Shown here piece after piece: positions 31,546 through 41,671 of a stretch of DNA of 64,000 nucleotides; position 1 is the first letter of the stretch, and every line of letters starts with the position of its first letter. The notes beneath the pieces were generated by a model, which saw nothing but the letters and a program-made list of their open reading frames with translations, searched no databases and was not told where the DNA came from. The stretch lies in NCBI GenBank assembly GCA_020348925.1, contig CP070758.1, positions 4,835,775 through 4,899,774 of the forward strand, written 5' to 3'. The DNA comes from Gemmatimonadota bacterium. Lineage in GTDB: Bacteria; JBHIER01; G020348925. Made by a program: the position numbers and the translations under genes.

Positions 31546-32787
31546 ATGTTTGGAAAGATGAAAGAGGATCTTCAGAAGGAGCTCACCGAGATAACACAGG
31601 CAGGTCTTTTCAAAGAGGAACGGATTATTGTTTCTCCCCAGGAGGCGGACATTGACGTGGAGTATCCGGCCGGTAGCCCCCCGGCGGAAGTCATAAACTT
31701 CTGCGCCAATAACTACCTCGGTCTCTCCAGCCATCCCGACCTGCTTGACGCGGCGAAAAAGGGACTGGACAGTCGGGGCTACGGCATGTCCTCGGTCCGT
31801 TTTATCTGCGGGACCCAGGATATCCACACGGAATTGGAGAAGAAGATCTCGGAATTTCTGGGAACTGAAGATACAATTCTCTATTCCTCATGTTTCGACG
31901 CCAACGGTGGCCTCTTCGAGGCCCTTTTCAAAGCAGAGGATGCCATCATCACCGACGCCCTCAACCACGCCTCCATCATCGACGGTATACGGCTGTGCAA
32001 AGCCCAGCGATACATTTACCAGCACGCCGACATGGCCGACCTGGAGGAGAAACTGAAAGAGGCCCGGGACGCCCGGTACCGCGTTGTTGCCACGGACGGT
32101 GTTTTCTCCATGGACGGCGACATCGCCAAGCTGGACAAGATCTGCGACCTGGCTGATCAATACGACGCCCTCGTCATGATCGACGATTCCCACGCCACCG
32201 GATTCATCGGCAAGACGGGACGCGGCACCCACGAATATCGAGGGGTGATGGGACGAGTGGACATCATAACGACCACCTTGGGAAAAGCCATGGGCGGCGC
32301 TTCCGGCGGCTGCACCTCCGGTCGAAAGGAGATTGTGGCCATGCTGCGCCAACGATCCCGGCCATATCTCTTCTCAAACACCCTCTGTCCGGTTGTCGTG
32401 GCTGCAGCCATCAAGGTTATTGACCTGCTGTCTGAAACAACGGATCTGCGCGATAAGCTCGAGTGGAATACGAAGCATTTCCGGGAAGAGATGACGAAAA
32501 TTGGCTTCGACATTACACCGGGCGATCATCCCATCGTGCCCATCATGCTCTACAACGCAAAGCTGGCCCAGGACATGGCTCGCGATCTCTATTTCGAGGG
32601 GATTTACGTCATCGGTTTCTCCTATCCGGTTGTGCCCAAAGGTGAGGCCCGTATTCGCGTTCAGATTTCAGCAGGTCATGAAAAGGAACACCTTGACAAG
32701 GCCATCTCCGCTTTCTCAAAAATTGGCGAGAAATACGAGGTTCTGGGCAAGACAAAGGACCGGATCATAGAAAAATACGGCTTATGA
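31546..32787 (+). CDS. kbl: Glycine C-acetyltransferase (2-amino-3-ketobutyrate CoA ligase)
   Basis: [66 protein letters not shown] before ATG 31546. Confidence 0.97.
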   Translation: MFGKMKEDLQKELTEITQAGLFKEERIIVSPQEADIDVEYPAGSPPAEVINFCANNYLGLSSHPDLLDAAKKGLDSRGYGMSSVRFICGTQDIHTELEKKISEFLGTEDTILYSSCFDANGGLFEALFKAEDAIITDALNHASIIDGIRLCKAQRYIYQHADMADLEEKLKEARDARYRVVATDGVFSMDGDIAKLDKICDLADQYDALVMIDDSHATGFIGKTGRGTHEYRGVMGRVDIITTTLGKAMGGASGGCTSGRKEIVAMLRQRSRPYLFSNTLCPVVVAAAIKVIDLLSETTDLRDKLEWNTKHFREEMTKIGFDITPGDHPIVPIMLYNAKLAQDMARDLYFEGIYVIGFSYPVVPKGEARIRVQISAGHEKEHLDKAISAFSKIGEKYEVLGKTKDRIIEKYGL

Positions 32788-32829
32788 CACGTTACACCCG
32801 TAAATTCATAGATACAGGATCAATTGAAA

Positions 32830-33774
32830 ATGAAACGAATACTCATAACAGGGGTCCACGGTCAGATAGGAAGCGAGCTCATCGAGGAGCTCCAGAACCG
32901 ATACGGTATGGAAAACGTTGTTGGTGTTGATATAAAAGAACGCCCGTCTCCTACCAGCGGTATTTGTGAAATTGTTGACGTCAGTCATAAAACCGGCATC
33001 CAGAATATTATTGAAAAATATAATATTGATACGGTTTTTCACCTGGCATCGCTTCTCTCTGTGAAGGGCGAAAAAAAACCTGATCTCGCCTGGGATGTCA
33101 ATATGAATGGCCTCAAGAACATCCTCGATCTGGCCAGAGACTATACAATGAAAGTATTCTGGCCCAGTTCCATCGCCGTATTCGGTCCGAATTCACCGAA
33201 GAAAAATACACCTCAGTCGACTGTTCTGGATCCCAATACCATGTACGGGATTACGAAGGTGGCCGGCGAGTTGCTGTGCAATTACTATTTCGAGAAGTTT
33301 GCCGTGGACGTTCGAAGCGTCCGCTATCCGGGCATCATCAGTTACAAGACGGAACCCGGCGGTGGAACCACCGATTATGCTGTGGAAATATTTCTCGAAG
33401 CCGTGAAGAAGAAAGAGTATACATGCTTTGTCGGACCTGAAACGCGACTCCCCATGATGTACATGACCGACGCGATCAAGGCTGCTCTTGATATCATGCA
33501 GGCCGAGGTATCCCAGGTGAAAATCCGTACCAGCTACAACCTGACCGCAGTGAGTTTTTCCGTAGCGGAGCTCGTCATCGAAATAAAGAAGTATATTCCG
33601 GAGTTTACCTGTCATTATGCTCCGGACTTCCGACAGAACATCGCCAATTCCTGGCCCCAGGTCATAGACGATTCTGAGGCAAGGCAGGATTGGAACTGGG
33701 AACATCGATACGACCTCTCTTCAATTGTGAAAGATATGTTGGTGAAACTTTCCGAAAGGTTAAATTACGTCTGA
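32830..33774 (+). CDS. SDR-type L-threonine 3-dehydrogenase (NAD-dependent epimerase fold)
   Basis: GxxGQIG, PSSIAVFG, YGITK, PGGGTTDYAV, LPMMYM, SWP; adjacent to kbl. Confidence 0.9.
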   Translation: MKRILITGVHGQIGSELIEELQNRYGMENVVGVDIKERPSPTSGICEIVDVSHKTGIQNIIEKYNIDTVFHLASLLSVKGEKKPDLAWDVNMNGLKNILDLARDYTMKVFWPSSIAVFGPNSPKKNTPQSTVLDPNTMYGITKVAGELLCNYYFEKFAVDVRSVRYPGIISYKTEPGGGTTDYAVEIFLEAVKKKEYTCFVGPETRLPMMYMTDAIKAALDIMQAEVSQVKIRTSYNLTAVSFSVAELVIEIKKYIPEFTCHYAPDFRQNIANSWPQVIDDSEARQDWNWEHRYDLSSIVKDMLVKLSERLNYV

Positions 33775-33810
33775 ATTTTAAAATGGAGCAAGAAGAGACA
33801 GAGGCGAAAA

Positions 33811-34296
33811 ATGGCTGATATAAAAATAAAACTACCAAACGGTGAATCGAAGTCTATCCCAAAGGGGAGCAAGGTCGAAGACCTTCTCCCAGATTTGGGG
33901 ATCAAACCTGAAGAGGCTTTGGCAGCAAAGGTGAATGGGAGAATGGTGGATGTGTATTATCCACTGGAGAAAGATACTGAGCTTGAGGTCATTCAATCGA
34001 ACACCGAAGAGGGATTGGATATCCTTCGCCACACGACGGCTCACGTCATGGCCCACGCCGTGCTTCGTATCTTTAAAGACGTCGAATTCGCCATCGGACC
34101 GACCATCGAGGATGGTTTTTATTATGATTTCGATCTCACAGAAACCCTCTCGCCCGAACACTATGAGACTATCGAAAATGAGATGCATAGGATTGTGAAT
34201 GAGGATATTCCTATCCAACGCATAGAGATGACCAAGGCGGAGGCTCACAAGAAACTTGAGGAGCAGAAGGCGAAGTTCAAGATCGAACTGCTCAAC
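33811..34296 (+). CDS. thrS: Threonine--tRNA ligase, N-terminal TGS/editing part (3' truncated by gap)
   Basis: TGS domain; 'ILRHTTAHVMAHAV', 'IGPTIEDGFYYDF'. Confidence 0.93.
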
Positions 34297-34396
34297 NNNN
34301 NNNNNNNNNNNNNNNNNNNNNNNNNNNNNNNNNNNNNNNNNNNNNNNNNNNNNNNNNNNNNNNNNNNNNNNNNNNNNNNNNNNNNNNNNNNNNNNN
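34297..34396. other. Assembly gap / contig spacer (100 N)
   Basis: Run of 100 n. Confidence 0.99.
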
Positions 34397-35092
34397 GGCG
34401 ACGGCGACGGTTGTGGGTACGTCCTCTTATCCGGCCCCATCAATGCCTTTGCCATCGGTGGACAGGAGCTGTATATCGATGATGTCTGTCGTGGGGCGGT
34501 TCTGAGAAGTAGCAGGGGCGATGTGAACGGCAACGGCACGATCGATATTCAGGACGTGGTGGCCGTTGTAAGGCATATTATGGAAACAGCTCCGCTGACT
34601 CCTGATGAACTCACCCGTGCCGACTGCAACGGCAACGGGGAAGTCAACATTGTGGATGTTTTGGGTATCATAAACGCCATCTTGGGTGTTCGCCAGTGTG
34701 CCCCGGGGGCCTGTAAGGCAGCTCTGACCACTGAGGGTATGGAATTCTTGGAGTCCTTGGAATCCCAACTGACGGCTGATGACTTTGCTGAAATCATGGC
34801 GCTGGCTAAGACAGAGACACAGGTACCTGTTGAGTACCATCTCTCTCAGAACTGTCCGAATCCCTTTAACCCGGCGACCACAATTGCGTATACTCTGCCT
34901 GAAGCAGTGAAAGCGAGGGTGGAGATCTTCAATGTATTGGGTCAGGCTGTTGACGTGTTGGTCGACTCCGAGCAGGAAGCCGGCTATCATTCTATCCAGT
35001 GGAACGCTTCGGAGATGCCCAGCGGGGTCTATTTCTATCGGCTTACGGTCGGTGACTTCTCGGCCAGTAAACGGATGATGCTCGTGAAATAG
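34397..35092 (+). CDS. C-terminal part of a dockerin + helical linker + T9SS-type CTD protein (5' truncated)
   Basis: RGDVNGNGTIDIQDV...ADCNGNGEVNIVDV; 'QNCPNPFNPATTIAYTLP...SGVYFYRL'. Confidence 0.87.
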   Translation, partial: GDGDGCGYVLLSGPINAFAIGGQELYIDDVCRGAVLRSSRGDVNGNGTIDIQDVVAVVRHIMETAPLTPDELTRADCNGNGEVNIVDVLGIINAILGVRQCAPGACKAALTTEGMEFLESLESQLTADDFAEIMALAKTETQVPVEYHLSQNCPNPFNPATTIAYTLPEAVKARVEIFNVLGQAVDVLVDSEQEAGYHSIQWNASEMPSGVYFYRLTVGDFSASKRMMLVK

Positions 35093-35099
35093 AGACAAT

Positions 35100-35130
35100 A
35101 CCTTCCGCAGGCTTGACACCTGCGGAAGGT
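35100..35130. repeat. Palindromic element (REP-like/terminator) after a CTD gene, copy 1
   Basis: ACCTTCCGCAGG-CTTGACA-CCTGCGGAAGGT, 12-bp perfect stem. Confidence 0.8.
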
Positions 35131-35188
35131 CGATTCTTAACCGACCGAACGGACGGACAGTCCGACGGAAAAACGGAGGTAAAGAACA

Positions 35189-36979
35189 ATGAAAAAGACG
35201 ATGTGTCTTGCAGCAGTGATCGCAATGTGCTTTGTGATTACTATCTTTGCGAGATCCGGTGAGGATACAAAGGGTACCGGGAAAGGTATCCAGACCCCCC
35301 AGCTTGAGGCATCTCTGGCCACGGTGCCGGAGTATATCAATTTCCAAGGAGTGTTGACGGATACCAGCGGCGCTGTCGTCCCCGACGACAATTACCCAGT
35401 CACCTTCAGGCTGTATGATGAGGTCGAAACTCTCCGTTACGCAATTTTTGACATATGGATTGAAACCCATGGCGGAATTTTTAACACGGTGCTTCCCATA
35501 CCTCCAAGTGTATTTGATGGATCGATCTTCTATCTGGGTGTGGAAGTGTACAATGATGGGGAGATGATCCCAAGGTATCCGATAGTCAGTGTCCCGTATT
35601 CCTATCTATCGGGCGATGGTGGAGGTGGCCCCGACGACGATTGGCGTGCGGTGGGTGGTGGGGATCCCACCGTGAGTGGCGACATCTACCATAAAGGTAA
35701 TGTCGGCATCGGGACGACGAGTCCTGACGCCGAGCTTGAGGTATATTCCACAGGAGAACCAGATATTCGGCTCAACCGCCCCAGTAATACCTATGCAGCA
35801 GTTCTTCAATTTTACACAGATGGAGAAAGAGATTGGGAAATCTGTACGCCATCGGGCGGAGACGACCTGTACATCTACAGGGGATTTGATCAAGTAGTGC
35901 AGTCATTCTTAACAAACGGCAACGTTGGAATCGGGACGAGGGATCCGGGGGGGCACAGGTTCTATGTTACCTCAGATGGCAGCGGAGTGCCTGGTGCTAC
36001 CTCCTTAATACAAAATACCAACGAGAATGGTCTCGGCATGATTGTCGAAGCTACCTCCACCGATCTACCTTTACTGGTATCTCAAAAAGGCGAAGGTGAC
36101 GTTTTCCGGTGCGATAGCTGGACAGGAGGTTGGCATCCTGTTTTTGTTATTGAGAATGATGGCAGTGTGGGCATCGGCAATGCGGATCCTACAGCAAAAT
36201 TAGATGTTGCGGGAAATATAGCAATAGGTTGGGGTTGCTCTCTTATGGTCAACGAGTCTTGGCCTACAGGCAATAGCTGTATATTGCGAAATGGCTGGGA
36301 TGTCGCTCGCGGAGATTTTGTTGAGTTTTATGTCCCAGGCGAAGGCGAGTCAAATGAAGGGGCAAAGATGACGATAACAGAGAGCGGTGCTTCGGTATCG
36401 GGAAACCTTGGTGTCTGCGTTGACGAGCATATTGCCATGCATGTCATAGCGGGACTTCCAGTGCTTCTGGGACCCCTCCCGACCGTCGATGTTGGAATCT
36501 GGACTCAATCCCATGACGTAGGCTTGTGGTCACAGGCCGACTACGCAGGATACTTTTTGGGCAAGACGTACTTAGCAGACAGCGTCGGTATCGGGACGGA
36601 CAAACCTGAGTACATGCTGGATGTTACCGGTTCAGCTCATGCTTCAAGCTTTCCCACCTCATCCGATGCAAGATTCAAGACCAATGTCACGCAGCTCACC
36701 AATGTCCTGGAGAGACTGGAAAGGATTCGCGGGGTCTCGTTCGAGTGGAATGAATTGTATGAGTCGCTTGGGCGAAGTACTGGCAGTAGGGAAATTGGCT
36801 TGATTGCTCAGGAGGTAGAGGCCGTATTTCCAGAGCTTGTAACCTCATGGGGTAATGAAGAATACAGGGCAGTCGATTACGGCAGATTCACCGGAGTGCT
36901 CATAGAAGCGGTCAAAGAGCTAAAAGCAGTTAACGAGGCATTGAAACAGAGAGTTGAGAGTTTAGACGCGACGAGGTAA
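35189..36979 (+). CDS. Secreted fibre-like protein with GIGT repeats and C-terminal peptidase S74 intramolecular chaperone plus coiled coil
   Basis: Signal peptide; 'INFQGVLTD...SVPYSY' N-domain; repeated '(N/S)VGIGT..P'; 'SDARFKTNV...GVSFEWN...IGLIAQEVEAVFPELV...VDYG...LIEAVKEL'. Confidence 0.9.
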   Translation: MKKTMCLAAVIAMCFVITIFARSGEDTKGTGKGIQTPQLEASLATVPEYINFQGVLTDTSGAVVPDDNYPVTFRLYDEVETLRYAIFDIWIETHGGIFNTVLPIPPSVFDGSIFYLGVEVYNDGEMIPRYPIVSVPYSYLSGDGGGGPDDDWRAVGGGDPTVSGDIYHKGNVGIGTTSPDAELEVYSTGEPDIRLNRPSNTYAAVLQFYTDGERDWEICTPSGGDDLYIYRGFDQVVQSFLTNGNVGIGTRDPGGHRFYVTSDGSGVPGATSLIQNTNENGLGMIVEATSTDLPLLVSQKGEGDVFRCDSWTGGWHPVFVIENDGSVGIGNADPTAKLDVAGNIAIGWGCSLMVNESWPTGNSCILRNGWDVARGDFVEFYVPGEGESNEGAKMTITESGASVSGNLGVCVDEHIAMHVIAGLPVLLGPLPTVDVGIWTQSHDVGLWSQADYAGYFLGKTYLADSVGIGTDKPEYMLDVTGSAHASSFPTSSDARFKTNVTQLTNVLERLERIRGVSFEWNELYESLGRSTGSREIGLIAQEVEAVFPELVTSWGNEEYRAVDYGRFTGVLIEAVKELKAVNEALKQRVESLDATR

Positions 36980-37089
36980 GAAGAGGATTCTCGGAGTAAT
37001 GTTCAAGCCACAAATTAAGAAGTATGGATTTTGGAGTTCGAAATTTCCCATTCCGCATTCCGAAATCCTTCAATGAAGGAGGTGTGATC

Positions 37090-37959
37090 ATGAATGACAA
37101 GAAAGTAAAGAGGCGATATATGAGTGCGGGTTCCCTCCTCGCAATGATGCTTCTCCTGGCGGCATCCTCAGGTTTCACCCAGATGGCCAGCCCCAACATT
37201 CAAATCCGGTCCTCTTCGCTGAACAGCGCTGGGGTGTGGGGGAGTTCAGCCAACTTTGAAATGCGAAGCTCCATGGGTCAGCCAACGCCGACCGGCATAT
37301 CCCAGAGCGCGAACTTTGCCTGTTTTGCCGGGTTTCAACCCACTACCTTAGAGGAATTTATTCTACCTGAACGTGAGAGGGGTGATGTTAATGGCGACTG
37401 GACCATCAACATCATTGACGTACTGGCGGTGGTCAACCACATTTTGGACACTGTCCCCTTAACTGATCCCAGCGCTCTCTCGAGGGCCGACTGCAACGGT
37501 GACAGGGAAGTGAACATCCTGGATGCCTTGGGCATTGTGAATGTTATTCTCGGCATCGGTGAGTGTGCACCAGGGGCCTGCAGGACGGAGCTTACTGACG
37601 AAACCTTGGAATTCTTTAAAGCACTTCAGCCACACTTCCCCCCTGAGGATTTTGATACGTTAATGTCACTGGTCAAACCTGAGGTCCAGGTTCCATCTGA
37701 GTACAGCCTGGCCCAGAACTACCCCAACCCGTTTAACCCAGTGACGACCATTGAGTATACTTTGCCCGAAGCCGCCAAGGTGAGGGTGGAGGTGTACAAC
37801 GTGTTAGGTCAGGTGGTTGACGTTCTGGTCGATTCCGAGCAGGAGGGTGGCTATCATGCGGTTCAGTGGGACGCGTCTGATATGGCCAGTGGTGTGTACT
37901 TCTACCTTCTCACAGCCGGTGACTTCACAGCCACAAAACTTATGGTGCTGATGAAATAG
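37090..37959 (+). CDS. Small secreted protein: Ser/Gly-rich N-domain + dockerin + helical linker + T9SS-type CTD
   Basis: GGAGGT RBS before ATG 37090; 'SSANFEMRSSMGQP...SANFACFAGF'; 'RGDVNGDWTINIIDV...ADCNGDREVNILDA'; QNYPNPFNP CTD. Confidence 0.88.
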   Translation: MNDKKVKRRYMSAGSLLAMMLLLAASSGFTQMASPNIQIRSSSLNSAGVWGSSANFEMRSSMGQPTPTGISQSANFACFAGFQPTTLEEFILPERERGDVNGDWTINIIDVLAVVNHILDTVPLTDPSALSRADCNGDREVNILDALGIVNVILGIGECAPGACRTELTDETLEFFKALQPHFPPEDFDTLMSLVKPEVQVPSEYSLAQNYPNPFNPVTTIEYTLPEAAKVRVEVYNVLGQVVDVLVDSEQEGGYHAVQWDASDMASGVYFYLLTAGDFTATKLMVLMK

Positions 37960-38028
37960 CAAGGAGTCAAAAGCATGTCTTGCCTTTCCCGGGCGTAATC
38001 TCGGGGAGCGAAGCCGAAGGATCTAAAC

Positions 38029-38065
38029 AAACCTCCCGCAGGCTCACACCCTGCGGGAGGTTTTT
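38029..38065 (+). terminator. Palindromic element / intrinsic terminator after a CTD gene, copy 2
   Basis: AAACCTCCCGCAGG-CTCACAC-CCTGCGGGAGGTTTTT between convergent genes. Confidence 0.8.
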
Positions 38066-38419
38066 CGTAGTAAGGCACGGAGCGAATGAGGAGTGGGGTT
38101 CTCAAGACGCTACTCCGTTATCATTACGTAGATAAAAGGGGACAGGCTACTTTTTTACCCACAAAATTGTACTGTACGTGTGCAGTACGTGAAATATCAT
38201 GACGGTTCTCTCAGTATAAACGACGAAACACGTTTGTCAATACCCCCTTGAGAGGGAATCCACCCCTCCACAAATCCCCCCTGGGGGTTGACAAAGGTGG
38301 GGGTGTATTGCGTCTCAAAATACTCTTCTGATTTTCTTTGAATCTTGCGCTGGAGTGATGATACGCATTGAATGTTCTCTGAGTCTCTGTGGCTGTATTT
38401 TATCTCTATGCCTCCCCTC

Positions 38420-41400
38420 TCACCGCCACTCACCCACCAGCACGAAGGGGGCCCACAAAAAAGGATGGGCGTAAGACATACCCCCTTCCCTCGTATGAAT
38501 CATGGTGATCTTGGCACGCCTTAATGCTTCCGCCTTTGTCATACCACCACTCAGATTCTGATAAAAAGCCTTCATCAACCGGCAGGTGGATTCATCCACA
38601 CTCCACAGACTGACGACCACCGATGGGGCACCGGCGTACATGAAGGCCCGGGTCAACCCGATGAGCCCCTCTCCCGCACTCAGCTCCCCCAAGCCCGTCT
38701 CGCAAGCGCTCAACACCACAAGATCAGCATTCAGATTCAGGTTGAGAATCTCGTGAGCCTCCAGAAACCCGTCCTCCTGAGGGTCGTCGTCAAGGGCAAA
38801 GATAATCCTGGAATAGAGAGGCTCCGTATCCTCGAACACACTGTGGGTGGCCAGATGAATGCGCCTGTACTTTCCGGCCCTCTCCTTAAACACCTCCTCC
38901 TTCGCCTCCGCCCCTGTGTACAAACGTGTACCCTGAATCCCTATTACGGATGTTATCTCGAGCACTTCTTCCTCGGCCTCAGGCAACTGCTCGAAGACCC
39001 AGCCCTCGCCGGATCTCAACAGCAGAGTCAGAGGAGAGAGATCATCCTCGACAGGCTCGATACTATCCTGCAAGGCTATACCGAAATCGGGATTGCCAAA
39101 GGCCAGAAGGTCTCCTTCAACATCACTCAGGACAGGTTCCCTTCGTAATTCAGGATTTAAAACACTGGCTGACGGAGCATACGAAAAGGCATATTTTTCC
39201 GTTAAGTACGTTGCATCTTCATACTGAGAGAAAATTGTCTGAGCATCAGCTTCCCTCTTTTTTTTCTCAACAACCAGCGCCTCGAAGGGAAGGTTGTGCA
39301 ATATGCCGTCAGGCACAATGACGACATGATCACCCGCTCTCAGATATTTTTCAATGGGCTGAAACACGAGTCGATAGAGTTCGTGGGCAAGATCCACATC
39401 AAATTGTACGTTCGTCAACAGAAAGATCTGACCGTCCCGAAAAGCCGCGAAGGGTTGACGCAGCTCATGAATCATTTCTTTCAGCCTGTCCCCTGTAACC
39501 TCAATACGTTCATACGCCAGTTCATGACGTCTCACCGTCCAGATGTGAATGGTTTGGTCACCCATTAGATATTCCACCAATACCACGTTCTCCTCGTCAC
39601 TCAGAATCTTTTCCTGGATTTTGTCCAGGTTTAAAGGTTCCGATATTTCCGTCACATCTACGGGGAAAGGGTGTGCCATTTGAATGACCTGGGTCAGCTC
39701 TTCGGCAGCCATTCTCGCCATCTGTAAACTGTCACGAAGAACACTGATACGCTCGCGATTCCGTTCCTCCTTTTCCTTGAGGTACTCCTGGGTGAGCCGA
39801 GTGTTGATGCGGTTCAGCCTGCTCATGAGTTCTCTTTCTTGGCTGAGAAGGTCATCATCCACATCCTCCACTTGGGTGACCTCACCCCGCGAGAGCACAT
39901 CCAGAAGAACCCGCGCTTTGGCCCGTTCACAGTGGTCGAAAGCTGCTTCAACCTTCCCATTGTGGACCAGGAGGTTCACCAGTGATTGATAGACCGTCAT
40001 CTTGTCCGCCAGATAGTGCGTTTTGAGAGGTTCGATGTCCAACTGTTCCCTCAAAGATTCGATAGTCATCATCGCTTGTCCATAATGCACCAGGGCTTCT
40101 TCATATTCGCCGTTTCCCTCCAGAGCACTGCCGATACCTCGCTGGGCGGTCCACAGCACCTTGGGTGCATCCAATTCCAGGGCAATGTGCAATCCCTGGC
40201 CGTACTGGTCAATGGCCGCGTCGTATTCATTCATGAGGACAAAAAGATTTCCTAACCTGCAATAATTTTCCGCCTCATCCTCCCTGCCACCTATTTCCTG
40301 AAAAAGAGTGAGCGCTGTATTATAGTGATCCTGAGCCTTGTCATAGTTCCCGGCCTTGCAGTACACATCCCCGATCTTGGCAATGTTAACAGCTTCACAC
40401 GGCCTGCAAGCGATCTCCCTGTGGATGGTCAGAGCCCTCTCATAAAAATCCAACGCTTCTTCGTAATCGCCCTGGTACCGAAAGGCCAATCCCATATTGG
40501 ACAGGGACAGCCCCTGTCCCTTCTTGAAAACTATCTCTTCTGAAATGTCATAGGCCTGCTGCAGATAGTCCTGAGCTTTCCTGTATTGCCCCAGAATGAT
40601 ATAAATTTCTCCCATCTCGCTGTTATTCAGCGCCTCCCCTCGCCTGTTTCCAACCTCTCTCATTATCCTCAGGGCCTCAGTTACATGATGTATCGCCTCC
40701 TGGTATCTTCCCATGCACTTGTACACGATCCCGATATTCCCTAAGAGCGTGCCCTCCTTCCACCTGTCCTCTGTCTCCCGCCGGATATCGAGGGCCTCCC
40801 CGTAATAGGACAGAGCCTGGTGATAGTAACCCAGATTTCTGGAGTAGATCACCATCTTGGTCAGTGCGTTTGCATCCGAATGTCGTGGCCCGACTTCTCT
40901 GTGAACAACCAGGGCCTGACGAGTGATATCCAGTGCTTCGACGTAGTCACCCAATTGCCACCAGATGAGGCCGATGTTATTGAGGAGCTTGGCCACACCT
41001 TTTCTATTCCCTATCTCTTCGTGAAGAGTGAGGGCGTGATCATAGTATGTTCTGGCTTCTTCGTACTCCTCCTGATAATAGAAGTTAATTCCTATCATAG
41101 TTAACACACAGGCCTCGCACCACGTCTCCTTTAAAGCTCTGCTCAGTTCCAGCCCCCACTCGAGCTTCTCCATGGCCTCATCATATCTGCTCTTCTTGTA
41201 ATCTCTTTTCCCTTGTGTTTTCAGCGAATCGATCTCAATCCTCTGCTTTTTCTGGTCCACCGACCAGCTCCGATACTGGTTGACCCTGCCGAGAAGATAG
41301 TCCTCACCGAACAGATCGTTGTACATGACGGCCAAGTGCTCCGCTTTGGCCATCTTATCCTTCGCCACATCAAGGTTGCCCAGGATCTCCTCCGTGATGC

Positions 41401-41614
41401 TCTCATTCATAAACTCCATGGTCATGGTGTAGGCTTTGTGTCTGTTTTCACTCACAAGAACAGTCAACCGATCAGACTTCCCTGCATCTAAGGCACCCTC
41501 AATCTGTTTTTCAAGGTCTGGTAGGGAATTTCCTGCGAACGATTGGCTGGCAAAAAATGTGGAAATTACAAAAAGAAGGATAGAAATGAGAAGTTTTTTT
41601 CTTGACCGTTTCAT
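38420..41614 (-). CDS. Signal-peptide TPR-repeat CHAT-domain (caspase-like) protease
   Basis: N-terminal 'MKRSRKKLLISILLFVISTFFASQSFA'; TPR array; ERAKAR; IVPDGILHNLPFEAL; catalytic His in IHLATHS and Cys in LSACETG; HPFLWAPF. Confidence 0.95.
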   Translation of the reverse strand: MKRSRKKLLISILLFVISTFFASQSFAGNSLPDLEKQIEGALDAGKSDRLTVLVSENRHKAYTMTMEFMNESITEEILGNLDVAKDKMAKAEHLAVMYNDLFGEDYLLGRVNQYRSWSVDQKKQRIEIDSLKTQGKRDYKKSRYDEAMEKLEWGLELSRALKETWCEACVLTMIGINFYYQEEYEEARTYYDHALTLHEEIGNRKGVAKLLNNIGLIWWQLGDYVEALDITRQALVVHREVGPRHSDANALTKMVIYSRNLGYYHQALSYYGEALDIRRETEDRWKEGTLLGNIGIVYKCMGRYQEAIHHVTEALRIMREVGNRRGEALNNSEMGEIYIILGQYRKAQDYLQQAYDISEEIVFKKGQGLSLSNMGLAFRYQGDYEEALDFYERALTIHREIACRPCEAVNIAKIGDVYCKAGNYDKAQDHYNTALTLFQEIGGREDEAENYCRLGNLFVLMNEYDAAIDQYGQGLHIALELDAPKVLWTAQRGIGSALEGNGEYEEALVHYGQAMMTIESLREQLDIEPLKTHYLADKMTVYQSLVNLLVHNGKVEAAFDHCERAKARVLLDVLSRGEVTQVEDVDDDLLSQERELMSRLNRINTRLTQEYLKEKEERNRERISVLRDSLQMARMAAEELTQVIQMAHPFPVDVTEISEPLNLDKIQEKILSDEENVVLVEYLMGDQTIHIWTVRRHELAYERIEVTGDRLKEMIHELRQPFAAFRDGQIFLLTNVQFDVDLAHELYRLVFQPIEKYLRAGDHVVIVPDGILHNLPFEALVVEKKKREADAQTIFSQYEDATYLTEKYAFSYAPSASVLNPELRREPVLSDVEGDLLAFGNPDFGIALQDSIEPVEDDLSPLTLLLRSGEGWVFEQLPEAEEEVLEITSVIGIQGTRLYTGAEAKEEVFKERAGKYRRIHLATHSVFEDTEPLYSRIIFALDDDPQEDGFLEAHEILNLNLNADLVVLSACETGLGELSAGEGLIGLTRAFMYAGAPSVVVSLWSVDESTCRLMKAFYQNLSGGMTKAEALRRAKITMIHTREGGMSYAHPFLWAPFVLVGEWR

Positions 41615-41671
41615 AGCCCACCTCCTTTGTCATATTGTGAGCTAATCAATATAGGTATTCCATTCAAATCC

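Noticed and set aside
33811-35092. ORFs reading through N-runs (e.g. thrS-dockerin, hppA-dockerin 'fusions')
   Set aside because: Artefacts of translating across 100-N spacers
35189-36979. Prophage tail-fibre gene
   Set aside because: Has a Sec signal peptide, and no capsid, terminase, integrase or other phage genes are nearby
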